64,000 nt of DNA. It comes from Harriotta raleighana. Taxonomy: Eukaryota. Of the stretch, positions 39,692-52,486 are shown in pieces (position 1 is the stretch's first letter; the number at the start of each line of letters is the position of its first letter). The notes under the pieces are model-generated. The model saw only the letters and a list, made by a program, of their open reading frames with translations. It had not been told where the DNA came from and did not search any database. The translations under genes and the position numbers were made by a program. Location: positions 8,683,677 to 8,747,676 of the forward strand of contig JBNZDD010013718.1 of assembly GCA_050575255.1 (NCBI GenBank), written 5' to 3'.

Positions 39692-40296
39692 AAAACATCT
39701 GATAGATTCTCACAGCCAAAAAAAGGGGTGTATTGGGGCCCCAAATTTTCCTAGGGGGGTACAATTCCAATACTGACTTCACTGGAAAATAAAACAAACC
39801 TAATTGAAATCGAGATGCTGGATTACCAGTCTCCTATTGTTAAGAGTAATACCAATACAGGCTGCTGTTTCCTTCCTGCCGTTTTGAAAATGTATGTGGC
39901 TAAGGGAGGCCAAGCATGTACACACAGAGCGATGGACAGACAGCTCTCCATTGCTCTTCCTAACACTTGGGAATGACGGACTGATAACATCACACCAGGA
40001 AAGAGTTAATGGTAGTAGGCAAAGGTAAAATAGTTTCTTGCAAAGTTAATAACAATTTACAAAAACTCCCTCAAAAGTTTGAGAACTGATGAGTGGCAGA
40101 AGGAGTGGGGAAAAAGAAACTCAGTTTGAAAACTTGGAGCAGGAAGAAAACTAACAGGAAGTGCTATGATTTGGGTTATTTTTTCTAATTCTGCAATAAA
40201 ATAAAATCCTGCAAAGAAACGACAGAGAAACTTGAATCCTTTGAATAAAGGCGTAAGAGCTGATCAACAGACCCATGCAGGTTAATATTGTTACTT

Positions 40297-40800
40297 TCAA
40301 TCAATCAATCAATCAAAATTACATTTATATAACGGCTTTCACGTCGGGAGGATGTCCCAAGGCGGTGTATAGTTAGTCAAGTAGGGATCAGAGCGGGGGG
40401 GGGGGGGGGGGGGGGAGGTGGGGGGGAACAAAACACAAAAAAACCCGACACTTTAACAAGANCGGGGGAAAGAAAGTAGGAAAAAATTGACTGTATATTT
40501 GTGAGCAAAACGCAGCAGCCAAATTGCGCACAGCAGAGTCCTGCAAACAGTCACAGAAATAGGGTTAGGGGAGAAAGGGGGAAAAGATGGCAAGGGAAGA
40601 GGTCGGGGTCGGGGGAAGGAGAATAGGAAAAAAAACTGTATATTTGTGGGCGAAATGCGGCAGTCAAATTGCGCACAGCAGTGTCCCACAAACAGTCGCG
40701 GAAGTGGGGCCGGGGAAGAAAGGGGGAAAAGTGGGCAGGGGCAGATGGAGGGAAAGGTGGGGTGGGGTAAAATAAGGGAGGAAACGGGGGGGGGGGAGGT
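40297..40800 (-). mobile_element. (TTGA)n-tailed SINE/L2 composite with two tandem Deu-type bodies
   Basis: (TCAA)n plus L2 tail at 40297-40372; body copies at about 40475-40555 and 40620-40700; single N at 40462. Confidence 0.7.
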
Positions 40801-42169
40801 GGTTGATGTAAGAGTTGAGGCAGGAATCAGACCAATGCACATGCAGTAATAAACAAAAAGGAAGATTTTTCAGTTGACCCGATATTAAACATTACAGCAA
40901 AACAACCACTGGAGCCTTTCACTTTAATCCACCACCAAAAGCCAGTCAATCATCTCACCAGATAATCTGATGTCAAAGACTTTTCAGCTGAAACTGTTCT
41001 AAAAAAAAACAGGAACGTGTCAAACTGGCACTTTTGCTTTGAGTATTTATTATTCTGAAATACCCTCAGAACTTGCTAAAATTACTCCATTGTACAAACA
41101 ACTGTGAATATTTTCAGTAACAATTTAAAGCAAGTTCAATATAGGGTAACTTCCTATGGCAATTCTTAATCTCAGAAGATAATTCTCTACTTTACTAGTG
41201 CAACATAACCATTTACCACAGAAGTCCTATTTGTGGCTTTCTGAATAACAATCGATTACTATTACAGAAGCGGCCAGTGAATGCCATCAACTCACCCTCA
41301 GGAAATGGATCAAACCTGCACTTCCACAAAATCATTTACGCAATGTACTGAACTGCCAGAGGTTCCCAATACTAATAATTAGTAACTAATACTACACCTA
41401 ACATTAATACAGTAACACCTAAAAACTAACACTTGCTGACCTATCCTGACAACATTTAATGAAGTGTCAAACGTGATACAAACAAAAATACTACTCCATC
41501 TAAATTCTAATTTTGGGAACAGTTAAAATGAAAATTATATCAAAAATGTATCCGGGGATTACACAAAAGATGTCAAAGTAATAGTAAGTTTTCTTACATA
41601 AAACTCACCTCACCTCTACTCTCATGCTGTAAAGAATTTTAAGAAACTTATTCTTGTGAAACTTGCTGCATATCTGCAAATCATTTATCAACAGATACAA
41701 CAATCATGTGTTTGAATTACTTGAAGCAAGCATCTTCTTGCTCTGTGAAATATGGTTCTGTGTTCGGGCATAGAGTGTTTGCGGTCCAAGCTGAATTATC
41801 CATCCAATTTGCAATGAACTAAATTCATCCCATAACTGCAGGATAATTAACAGTTCAGACATGTGCAACAACCAGGGTTACATATCTGAAATCTACCACA
41901 CTTCAAGGTAAATAACATGAACAAGACGCTCAATTGGTTATCTCCGAGATGCAAAAAAACTTATGGATTTATTGTGTACAGTAACCCCTTACTTAAAATG
42001 CTCACACAAGAATTACTTTCTAGCAAGAAACTGAATTGGATTGGGACGATTGGATTCAAGACTGAAGAGAGCAATGGGTCAACAAGGACCATTGTAACTT
42101 AAGAGCCTTATAGTGAGGGGTCACTGTATCATGAAAAGGTGGATGGGAAGGGTAAATAAAATGCAAAAC

Positions 42170-42322
42170 CTGCTGCCATGAAGGTATATTACTGGAAGCG
42201 ACAGCCAAAGATTGCTGTGGTTCGCCTGATCTGCATCTACGGCGGGCCACGTGAGAGCCAGTCGCCCAGTTCATCCATGTTTCACTAGACTCGGGATTTG
42301 ACATACTCTTAGTGTCGACTCC
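42170..42322 (-). CDS. PPIP5K1: Probable cassette exon, 153 nt: GVDTKSMSNPESSETWMNWATGSHVARRRCRSGEPQQSLAVASSNIPSWQQ
   Basis: tttcag|GGA...CAG|gttttg; phase 0-0, no stop; similar to the PPIP5K2 segment SVSSPEGTGTWLHY...RRRRRSGEQ...SLAFTSSIFGSWQQ at the equivalent position (recalled, not aligned). Confidence 0.75.
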
Positions 42323-42974
42323 CTGAAATAACATAAGGGTAAAACATCAAATGTTTTGATTTAAAATAGTAACAGGACAGTGCCAATCTCAGAGGAATGG
42401 ACTCCAACCCAATTAGAGGTTATAAATATAGTTTGGACACAATTAAATATTGTTGGGAGTGAAATTTGCAGTGTTGCATAATGCATTCACTGGACAATTA
42501 GATAATATTTTCTTTTTGATATTCTCCATCCCACCCCCAAAAAGTTGGGCACAGAATGCTGTCCGGATGCTAGATATCTGTGAGTACAGCACAAGAGAAA
42601 ATCAACTGAACTGTCAGGTTACTATTCTGCTGGACTCAAAAAATGTACTTTGGGATGGCAGAAGAAGGGATGAGATCTTGGCACATTTAAATTTAAGATT
42701 TCGTCAGGAAGTCTGGAGTTGGTTGGATAGCTGATCTGAAACAAGGCCAGTGTTTTGGCATTTAATATCAAACCATCACAATTGCAGCATTTCATAATCC
42801 TCTTTTTGAGATTGTGATCATGAATGTGTTCTGAGACAAAGCAAAAATTTCAGAGCATAGTTCCTAATCCACAAGGATACCTCAAGGCTGATTTAGGCAG
42901 ACAGATTGATAATTTGGGGAGGGAGGGGGGGCGCGGGGTTCTAGGATTTTTGACTCATTTGATTGACAATTGTA

Positions 42975-43102
42975 NNNNNNNNNNNNNNNNNNNNNNNNNN
43001 NNNNNNNNNNNNNNNNNNNNNNNNNNNNNNNNNNNNNNNNNNNNNNNNNNNNNNNNNNNNNNNNNNNNNNNNNNNNNNNNNNNNNNNNNNNNNNNNNNNN
43101 NN
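42975..43102. other. Assembly gap (128 N)
   Basis: Run of N. Confidence 0.99.
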
Positions 43103-43499
43103 GAAATTATCCATCAGGTCTTCTTCACCTGAATCTCTGACACAATGTTAAGTGGTGCATGCAAGTATTTTATTGTTTCCATTCGGTTCAGTAAGTGACA
43201 CTGGAGCAGAGGATTCAAATCTCAGTCCAGTAACGTGAAAGTACAGTACTGCATTGTTGGGATGTCCAGTCAGCCTGTTCAGGTGGACAATACAGATTCC
43301 ATAAGAAATATACAACATATTTTCTCTTGCAGTGGATGTGGTGCGTATATTTCAATCTAGAAAGCTATTGGTGCATACTTCAAACACTGCAGCCAAATCT
43401 TCCTTCCCAACAGAAAGATAGTGGTTGGCGGTCAGATATTGGGTTTACGCAACTCGAAAATCTGGCATTGGCCAACAAGTCTTGAATTATCCCTGGTTC

Positions 43500-43812
43500 A
43501 TGACTGTGCTGGCTCGTTGAAAAGACGTGCCCAAATCATTCCCACTCCCCCACTCTCTACCCATAGCCCTGCAAACTTGTCCTCCCCAAATAATTACCTG
43601 CTTCTCTCTTGAAAGTTGTTATTGAATTAGCTTCCATTTCCCTTTCAGGCAATGCATTCCAGATCTAAACAACTCGCTGTACGAAAAAAAAATTCTCCTC
43701 TGTTTCTTTTAACAACTATTTTAAATTGGTGTCCTCAGATTACTGACCCAAGCGCCAGTGGAATTAGTTTCTCCTTGTTCACCCTATCACATCCCCTCAT
43801 AATTTTGAAAAA
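43500..43812 (-). mobile_element. Degenerate CR1-clade LINE 3' end
   Basis: TGCATTCCAGATCTAAACAACTCGCTGTACGAAAAAAAAATTCTCCTC is antisense to the CR1 FF..RVV..WNAL motif. Confidence 0.65.
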
Positions 43813-44012
43813 TTGAGGGGATTGGAGGAATAGTTTGAGGGAATGGTCTTCCAATACCTGACAATCATTTCAAACCCAATGATCCTACTGTACAACAGGA
43901 AAATCTTCAAACCAAACTTGAAAACTCTTTGCCAAAAACTTCTCAACCACTGGAGAAATCGCTAGATCACTTGGTCTTTCCAACTTCCTAACTGAATGGC
44001 AAAAGTCCAATT

Positions 44013-44305
44013 ACAAAAACTAATTACATTTGTATAATGCCTTTCACGTCAGAAAGATGTCTCAAAGCATTGGACAGTCAGGGATCTGCACCCGAGCTGG
44101 TGGGTGGGATCAGGAGGGGTGGAGGGCAGGAAGTGTAGGACTAGGAGGGGTGACCAAAGGCAGAGGCGAAGAGGAAGGTCTTCAGGTGTTGAGACGGGTG
44201 TTGAAGGAGGCGGGTGTGGGTGGGTGGGGGGGGACGGTGATGGGGATGCGAGGTGGAGAGACTGTGAGATGGAGATCTAGAGTATAGGGGCAGAGAGGCT
44301 GAAGA
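44013..44305 (-). mobile_element. Degenerate L2 3' fragment
   Basis: Tail AATTACATTTGTATAATGCCTTTCACGTC on the + strand; LKTFLFASAF remnant. Confidence 0.75.
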
Positions 44306-44824
44306 CAACACACAAACAAATATCACAACTGACTCAACACAGACCAGGGATCAATATAGGGTGACCTGGTCTGCCAAGCTCATTATTACCCCAGGTGAAG
44401 CATTTTCATTTTCATATCTGATATTTATCCCCTCCACCCTCCTCATTGATATTACAATATCAGAGTTGTTTTGATTCTGATGTCTTTGATGGACATATAT
44501 GGGTATTGTGCAGGAGACGACAAACAGAGCAATGTACTAAGGTTTGCAGTATCACTTTGCCAGTTTAGAACAGTCAACATTTAACATTGGCAGAAGGTGA
44601 GCTCTGCACAGATTATACCGTAGATATTTTAATTGTTCCTCAAAAGTAACCAAGTAAATCAGCATCGGACAGATGCAGCTTTTCCCTTTCAATATACATT
44701 TATTTTGATATTTGCTTTAGAACCATAAACAGTTGAAACTCACCTTATTACTATATCACTTTCAATACAATTGTGGACTATTTGTGTGTGAATCAGCGCT
44801 GAATTAACTCTTCCTATTGTTTAC

Positions 44825-44992
44825 CTCCATGGAGCCCATCTTCCTAGTTTTGGTCAACGCAGGTCTCCGGTGAATGTGGAAGGGCTCAATCGCCTGAGGG
44901 AAGTTTGGAAGGAATCTGTCTACCTCTTCATTGCTCCTAGTCTCCGAGAGATCTTCCATACTTCCTTGATCAGTTTTTGAGCCACCTTCATT
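44825..44992 (-). CDS. PPIP5K1: PPIP5K1 exon, 168 nt: NEGGSKTDQGSMEDLSETRSNEEVDRF...KTRKMGSME
   Basis: tgacag|AAT...GAG|gtaaac; phase 0-0; resembles the PPIP5K1 NEEMKTNQGSME...RKAGSME exon. Confidence 0.9.
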
Positions 44993-45227
44993 CTGTCAGG
45001 AAAACAAACAGCACAAAAAACAAAGAGAACATCTTAATCTTCAAGTGTAAACTTTGGAATTTGGAAAATGACATTTTAGAGGTTTGGATCTACTGGGTTG
45101 AATTCACAAAAACCTTATGGTAAAATGGCTGCATTTCATGGAGCTCTTTATTGAACTTTAATAACAGTTGGTTCAAAAAAATCCTTCAGTGGATTTTTTT
45201 TCTTTTCTTTTTCAGACGTATCAATTA

Positions 45228-46091
45228 CAGGCAGTCCTCAAGTTACGTCAGGTTCAGGTTCCTAAGATGTGGCGTAAGTCGAATTTGTATGTAAGTCGAG
45301 TCACCCCCCTATAATGCTTACAGTAACATACAGTGATTGGTTGTAGTATAGTGAGCTGCCCTCTCTCCCCTGCACCCCTCCTAATATATACAGTACTGTA
45401 AGTAAAATAAAATATTACTATACTTACATGGCTTCATTGTGAGTCTGGCGCTCGATGTAGCGCAACACAGGAGATCACATGCGACGTAGCGCAACACACG
45501 ACGTAGCGCAACACAGGAGATCACACGCAATGTAGCGCAACGCAGATCACATGCGACATAGCGCAACAACAACAACAACAACAAAATTACATTTATAGAG
45601 CGCGTTTCACGTCAGGAGGACGTCCCAAGGCGCTGGACAGATGATTTAAGACCCGAGCAGGGGGAAATGTTCGGGGCGAGGGGGGAGGGGGAGGGTGGGA
45701 GCAAGGAGGAGGTAAGTGGTCCCGTAAGTGTTGAGAGCGGCGACTCCAGTTTTCTATCGCGCGTGGGGCAACGCAGGAGATCACACGTGACGTAGCGCAG
45801 TCTAAAGGCTGGAGAGTACTGAACCGCCAAGCTCACAGACTCACACAGTACCTGTACAGTACACACTCGCGTCTCGCCTCCATCCTGTTCCTGTCCTGAA
45901 TGCGTATCGTGGTCCCGTAAGTGTTGAGAGCGGCGACTCGTTTTCTATCGCGCGTGGGGCAACTAAAGTATTTACATAGTAGTGTCGTAACTTCAAGACT
46001 TGGGATGTAACTCGGACGTAATTTTACTGATTTTAAATGTCGTAACTTCGAATTGTCGTACCTCGAAACGTCGGAACTAGAGGACTGCCTG
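45228..46091. mobile_element. Non-autonomous pogo/Tigger-like DNA transposon
   Basis: TA|CAGGCAGTCCTC ... GAGGACTGCCTG|TA terminal inverted repeats with TA TSD; subterminal CGTAA-like motifs; internal short tandem repeats. Confidence 0.88.
45563..45714 (-). mobile_element. Young L2 3' fragment nested in a Tigger-like MITE
   Basis: Almost identical to 6910-7060. Confidence 0.9.
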
Positions 46092-46140
46092 TACTTCTAT
46101 TCCTCACTGCCCCTCGTTTTAGACCCTGTGGGTTACTTAC

Positions 46141-46257
46141 CTCTGCTGATGCTGGACGAAAGCCGGAACCTGTAGGAGCATTTTCATCTTCTTCACACCC
46201 TTTCGCTCCAGGACTGAAATGGAACTCCACGTGAAAACGCTCTTCAGAAGACGGATC
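46141..46257 (-). CDS. PPIP5K1: PPIP5K1 exon, 117 nt: [39 protein letters not shown]
   Basis: tctcag|GAT...GAG|gtaagt; phase 0-0. Confidence 0.95.
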
Positions 46258-47467
46258 CTGAGAGTGAGATAATCAGAGACACTCATAAATTACAAGTAAC
46301 ATGCATGTTAGTGATAGTTAGGTGGGGAATGGGGGAAAAAAATATATAACTTACAATACTATTAGCATGGCTTGATGAAATGAGAAATGATCCCAAGAAC
46401 TACAAATGTACATTTTAGTATGATTTGATTGGTACAAATGAATAAATGTCTTCCCTCTCTCAGACCAAAGCCACATTAATTTAGTGAAAGGAAGGGAAGT
46501 TTGGAAACTCATGAAAGTGTAATCATCAATTGAAGCCAAGGACTGCTGATCCACACTATTGATATGAATCAAATGACCTCTGATTATGTGGAATTCAAGG
46601 TAAACTTTAAACTGTTCTCATTTACATGAATGAGAGATTGCTGCACAATTGTAACGTTTTAAAATTGATTTTTCTGCCACCGTTTGGATTTTAATCTCAC
46701 ATAGATGACAGCTAACCAATTCATCAGCAGGATCATTGAACACATAGTCACTCAACTCGTGAGGCTTAATCACATCCTATGATAATGTATCAGTTTAATG
46801 AATGTTTTATTCATTCTGTCATTCCATTGCAACAGCTTGCGTTTATATGCTCAGCAGACATAATAGTGAATACCAAGCAGGAGAAATGGGAGATTTAAGG
46901 ATGTTGACTAAAAACATTGGTAAGTTACTGTAAATGTTTTGTTTTTAAAAACAATCCAGGTTTACTCCCATTATGGAACCTTCCACAACACTGCATTAAT
47001 TTCTTATTTATTCATCTTGATGCATTAAATTATAGCACACGGTTCAATCTATCCTTTGCACACGACACAGTATCAAATATTTTACTCCCGGTGATATGTG
47101 GAGGATGTAGAGTGAAGATATTGGCAATTTTGGTACTTAAATAGCGGAAGAAACCTGCAATTTCTGTATCTATAAACGTCTTTCTTTTAAATTTAAACAC
47201 CATCTGTGACTGTTTAAATATAATCCACTTATCATGTTAATTTGTGACATGCCAATAAGGCTACATAATGAAATAATCAACTGTGCTTATTACATAAAAT
47301 AACAGAGTAGCAAGTATAGACTACTAAAATGTATGCTGCCCAAGTTAATTTAGGAGTGGTATGAGTTGCTTTATCTAATGCAGAATATGTGGTAGTGTTT
47401 GTTAAAATCTAGGCTATGGCATCTTAATAAATATAGCACATTGATATTTTATTGATATGATGAATAC

Positions 47468-47575
47468 CTTATTATTATCCTCGTATAACATAATAACAAT
47501 CTGGGTCATGTAGTTTAGTTCCGAGACAGCTCCAAGATAGTCCATAGCTCTTTTCCATTGCTGATCCTTCAGTTC
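47468..47575 (-). CDS. PPIP5K1: PPIP5K1 exon, 108 nt: [36 protein letters not shown]
   Basis: tcttag|GAA...AAG|gtattc; phase 0-0. Confidence 0.95.
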
Positions 47576-48064
47576 CTAAGAGTTCAAAGAAGAAAATCCA
47601 TCAATTCAGACCAGGAAAAGTTCAGTTCTTCCAAATGGAAGTTTGCTCTCAGAAATGTTGCACACTTTTGATACCGAATGTACAAAGCTTGCTCCTCGTT
47701 TTTGGGAAAGCAGATGATACTAAAGTTCACAACAACCTAAAAGTATTGTGACTTGCTGTCTCCTCTCATTCGAGCCTGTTTCTTTGACCATGTTTTAGGT
47801 CCTCTTTCCTCTCCCACCCCTTCAGCTCTCATCTCCACCTTCTGTGCCTGGCCAACTTTCTCAATTTTTATTCATACCTACAACAACAACTTGAATTTAT
47901 AGTGCCCTCCATGCCGGATGGCGTCTCAGAGCACTTCATAACTCTATTGATAGTCAGCGGCGAACCGCACTATTGGGCCTTGGTTTCTCACCTAGGTTTT
48001 TCAACATAAGGGTTTCGCTTAGGTTACAGTGCAGTTAGCATTGCAATTGAAAAATGCTACTTAC

Positions 48065-48179
48065 ATCCAAAAGACCAGCGTAACGAAACAGGCTTAGTAA
48101 GGAATGGACGTGACTTTCGCTCGTAAAATATAACCGTGTACGGACATGGCGGCCAGGAGACATGACTCCTCGGGAATAC
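48065..48179 (-). CDS. PPIP5K1: PPIP5K1 exon, 115 nt: [38 protein letters not shown]
   Basis: tttcag|G...GAT|gtaagt; phase 2-0; [16 protein letters not shown] motif carrying the second conserved His. Confidence 0.96.
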
Positions 48180-48685
48180 CTGAAAAAAGTAAAAGCTAAT
48201 TAGATGACTAAGATACCAAATCTGCTTTTAGTCATTATTTTCCTTCCTCCCACTGATTTTGACTCCCACTGAAGTGCCTGAATCATTCAGCCTGAACAAC
48301 TGTGTTGTTCACTGCAACACCTAGGCAAACTGAAAAGGAACCACTACTGGTGGCCAGTGTGTTAAAGAGCACAGTGTGCTGTGCTACAGTGTGGGAAGGG
48401 GTACAAAATAACAAAGGTTTAATTTCCCACAAAGGCAGTGTTGCCAATTGATATGATGTTGCAATGGGAAGCAACAATCACAAGGCATAATCCCCAAACT
48501 ACCTTCATTCCTATTGTTGAGTTCAATGTCTCTGGCCCAATGGTGTATGTGCTATANGTCTCTGGCCCAATGGTGTATGTGCTTATAGTCACCCATGGCA
48601 TCACTTCTGCAGATATCACAAAATCAAATAGAGATCTGAAACCAGCAAAAACCATTCAACCTTCAAACCCTGAGAACAGTCTTAC

Positions 48686-48813
48686 AGCGGGTGAAGTTTA
48701 TTCACAGATTCATCCTCATGTGTTCGCTGTAAATCCAGCTGCATCTTCTCAATCAGCGGCTGGCAGTAAGCATAGGCGATATCCAGCTTCTCCTCTTTGC
48801 CAATTCCATATTC
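48686..48813 (-). CDS. PPIP5K1: PPIP5K1 exon, 128 nt: [43 protein letters not shown]
   Basis: tcatag|GAA...CT|gtaaga; phase 0-2. Confidence 0.95.
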
Positions 48814-50997
48814 CTATGAAAAACATGCCAGACTAAGTGTTTGCAGTGTAACTTTGCACACAAGAGACTGAACTTCACAAATTGTGAGTTCAGTCAGGCT
48901 AAAAAGCAATCCTGCTGGTTCAGAATACATCCCAAGGTGCTGGGCAAATTGGATTTGGGGTAAAAAAAAATTGTGGAACATGTTGGATGCCGCTATGAGG
49001 AGATAGAGCGATCACAGTAATAATCACAATAATAATCTAGTAAATTATGAAATGCCTTGCATGTAAACCAGGTGCTCATAGTTCTCCAAATATTGAGTTC
49101 CTTATCCTGGCAAAGTCAGCCTTTAGAGAGCATCGCAGAGTGTTGACTGTTAGAGATTGCAAATCAGCAATGGCTGTTCTAATGCACTTCTAAGAGACTG
49201 AACACACAGCGACACTGTCAGATGTCAGCAAATAAATCACCAGCCTGACTTCTCAATTTGCGAGAGGAGCTTTGCATACAGACAGAGAAAGAGAACTAGA
49301 GAAAGAGAACTGATTTTAAATTGAAGAGAAGGGAGCTTGAAAAATATCATTAATCCTTACTGGGAATTCTATATTGCACAAAGGGGCTTCTTATATCTGC
49401 TTTGTATTGATTAATGTGGTTGCAATCATTAAATGGTGATGGAGGGAGGTGGGGGGGTTGGATGGAGCGAAGAGAGCGGATGTTAATGTGATTTGAACAG
49501 ATTGTGAGACACTGAGCATGGCCCCATATTGTGCTACCCAAACAAAACAAACAAATGACATTCTCACAATCCTGATAAATGGAGGTTCCACAACAGACAA
49601 TGTATATTTACTTCAGTATCTCCCTAGTTGAGAAGCAGAGGATGGGTGCACTGCTTTCTGGTGGAACCAGCTGCAACCCTTTGATGTCAGCCTGAAAGCC
49701 AGCAGTTTCTGCACAGTGTTTGGATTTATTCTTGTTTATTGATCAAACTGCTCTCAGAAGCTGGCACGAGAAGGCACTGTATAATTGTGTGTGTGTGAGT
49801 GTGTGTGTGTAATCAAGGATACAAATACCCATAATATCTCCACAACACAGATGTGAATTGCTGAAGCTAGATCAATAAAAATTAAAACACTTCTGATTAT
49901 ATTCTACAAATTAGGAGCAACATTGAGGAAATAACATGAAACACAGCATTAGATTACATCAATTACCAAGGGTGGACATCAAGCACACAGACTGGAGTGT
50001 TGTACATTCTTCACTCCACACATAAAATCTCATTATGCAAAACACAAGAAGGTGCAGCAATCAGATACACAAAAATGTACAAATGGGTCTTCCCTCTGGT
50101 GAATGAATCTTTGTTTCCTCACTAAATAATTTACCCAATGTTGAACAGAATCGAATCCATAAATGTGGTTTGTTTCAGTGTATAATTTTACCATAATTGG
50201 TTTCTGCAACGTGGGGTAGAAAAAAATGCAATACCCACTCCCCCAACCCAATCCTTTTTTATTGATGACATCTGTGAATCTGGGTTTGTGGCTTTGGACT
50301 TTCATTCAGTCTATTAAGCCTATGTTGGCGTCAGTCCCTCTACTCTAACTAATCAATTGAATTCCCTGATCTTTCCATGTATCATTTTGCTTTATTCCTC
50401 TTCAAATATTTATCAAATTCCCTTTTAAATGTCATGGTATCTCAGTGTGGAAACTTGTAATCTTCCCCCTTAACTCTTCCAGTGTCAAACATGAGCTATG
50501 GCCCTGGTTACTAATTCCCTGCTTAATTTTGTGTTCCAAAGGCTATTTTGTTTTCTCAGAACGAGACGGAAGCAGGGGATTTAGATTGATTAAATAGAGT
50601 CAGATATGACTGTAGTAAATATATGGAAGAAGCAGATGCTGCCACCTATTGAACTTCCTAGACAATAGCGATTTCAGCAGAAACCTACAGTTTTATACAC
50701 AAATTAAAAAAAGAGTTAAACAAAAGGCAGTGAATGTGTCTACTGCACGTACTCCAGGAAACAACTAAAAAGGCCAGAGGACAAAGCACTGTCAACTTAG
50801 TCAAGCAGAGGGTGACTGATCCTAAATTGGTATTGGAATAGAAAAGATAATCCCTGCATTTTGTACTGTAAAAGGTAGGGTGCAGGAACCAAGATTCTGT
50901 TTTGTTACAATGGGAGTGGCAGGACATTAACCCTGTACAAAAAACAGGGACATTAGGAGTACATGCTCAACATCAGTGTTGTTTTAGTCTTCTCTAC

Positions 50998-51221
50998 CTG
51001 AGGGATGATGATGTCTGCAAGGGCTTTGGAGAGCTTGAAGAGTTCCATGGTATCCTCAAGCTTCAAGGCACTGTTGTGTTGGACGTCATATTTAATGCAG
51101 TCGTAGATGTCTGGGATTTTGCTGATATCATAGCGGCCACTCTTCATCCGGAAATCTCGCTCCAGTTTTGACCAGCGCTGAAGCATTAGCTCCAAGGTTT
51201 CACTGTGATACAGCTGAAGGT
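50998..51221 (-). CDS. PPIP5K1: PPIP5K1 exon, 224 nt: [24 protein letters not shown]...[15 protein letters not shown]...ALADIIIPQ
   Basis: ttccag|AC...CAG|gtagag; phase 1-0; ORF 50953..51240. Confidence 0.96.
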
Positions 51222-51884
51222 CTGGAAACGCAAGAAACATTCACAATGAGATGCTATAGTTTTCTTATATTCCACTGGCTAGAATCTAGATACTTATCCT
51301 CATTCTTAAATGGAATAGCTCCTCTGAATATTTCAGTATCTGCCGGCCCATCGTCTCTTAGTAGCAGGTATCACAGATAAAGTTCAAAGCGGTAATTGAA
51401 CCTTGTAGTGAACGTCACTTTGGTTACTTCTGGATAATAATAATCCTTGCATTTGATATCTTGCTTTTCATATCTTCTAGATGTCTCAAAGCACTTCACG
51501 GAATATACCGTAAAGTGAATTGACTGTATATTTGGCTAAACATGGTGGCCGATAGATAGATAACGGATTTTTTTAAAAAACAATAACCATAGGAATTTCC
51601 AGAAGCACTAATAGTCTTATCAGAGCCCAGCCCCTTCAGTTTTCTCCCTTCTTGAAGTTGTTAGCAAACCTTCCCCCCTGGTTCCTATATAAATCAACAA
51701 CAGTCCTCATGTAGGGAAGAAATAAGGGAAAAATTCTAGTTTGACTTCACTTCAATATTTTATAGCCTCAAACAATGATTTTTACATATGTACATTTGTG
51801 ATTTGCAGAAAGAAGGAAGTAATAAATAGACAGAAGGACCATTGGCCATGGATTGAAAAGATGCTGTTGTTAAAGTTGACTCAC

Positions 51885-52026
51885 TTGCTGATTTGGGGTC
51901 TTCCAATCTTTTTTTGATCTGGGAGATCAGGCTCTGGATCAGGGAGTAAACCCGATCGCAGGTCTTTACAGGATTTTTAATCAATTTCATGGAGTTAAGA
52001 AGAGAGGAGCTGCCTGTAGGAGCCAG
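51885..52026 (-). CDS. PPIP5K1: PPIP5K1 exon, 142 nt: [47 protein letters not shown]
   Basis: ttgcag|CTG...A|gtgagt; phase 0-1; ORF 51760..52062. Confidence 0.95.
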
Positions 52027-52486
52027 CTGCAAGTAAATAGAAACATAAAAATGTGCTGTCAATATATGAAACTTTAAACATCAACAAATCTGCTATGACC
52101 CATTGTTTATTCCTGGATTCTGCTTTTATTCCTGGAAGAATGTTTTCCTGCCTGCTCTATTTTCAGACATACTTTTAAGCAAGAATCTCTGCAATGGTCA
52201 AGCAGAACCCTGTCACTTTTTCCACTCCCTTATCAAGACAGCCATGAAAACAAATTTTATCTACAAATACTGCCTTAGCTGAGATCGATTAACGCAGAAG
52301 AGGTCAGGGATATATCCGGGGACATGAATGGCTGAGCTATTCACTCGCTAAACACATTGAGCTATTGTGGAGACTCAAGGGTTCTCTCTTAGAGCTGAAA
52401 GGTGCCAACAATTTCTAAATGAACTGGCATCCACTCAACTCTTTCCTAAGCCACAGCAAATGCGCAGTCCAAAAGTTTTCCGCTAC

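Noticed and set aside
45455-45565. CRISPR-like short repeats (GTAGCGCAACACAGGAGATCAC)
   Set aside because: No unique spacers, no cas genes, eukaryotic context; this is an internal minisatellite of a MITE.
48528-48583. 26-bp tandem duplication
   Set aside because: Joined by a single N at 48557; probable assembly artefact.
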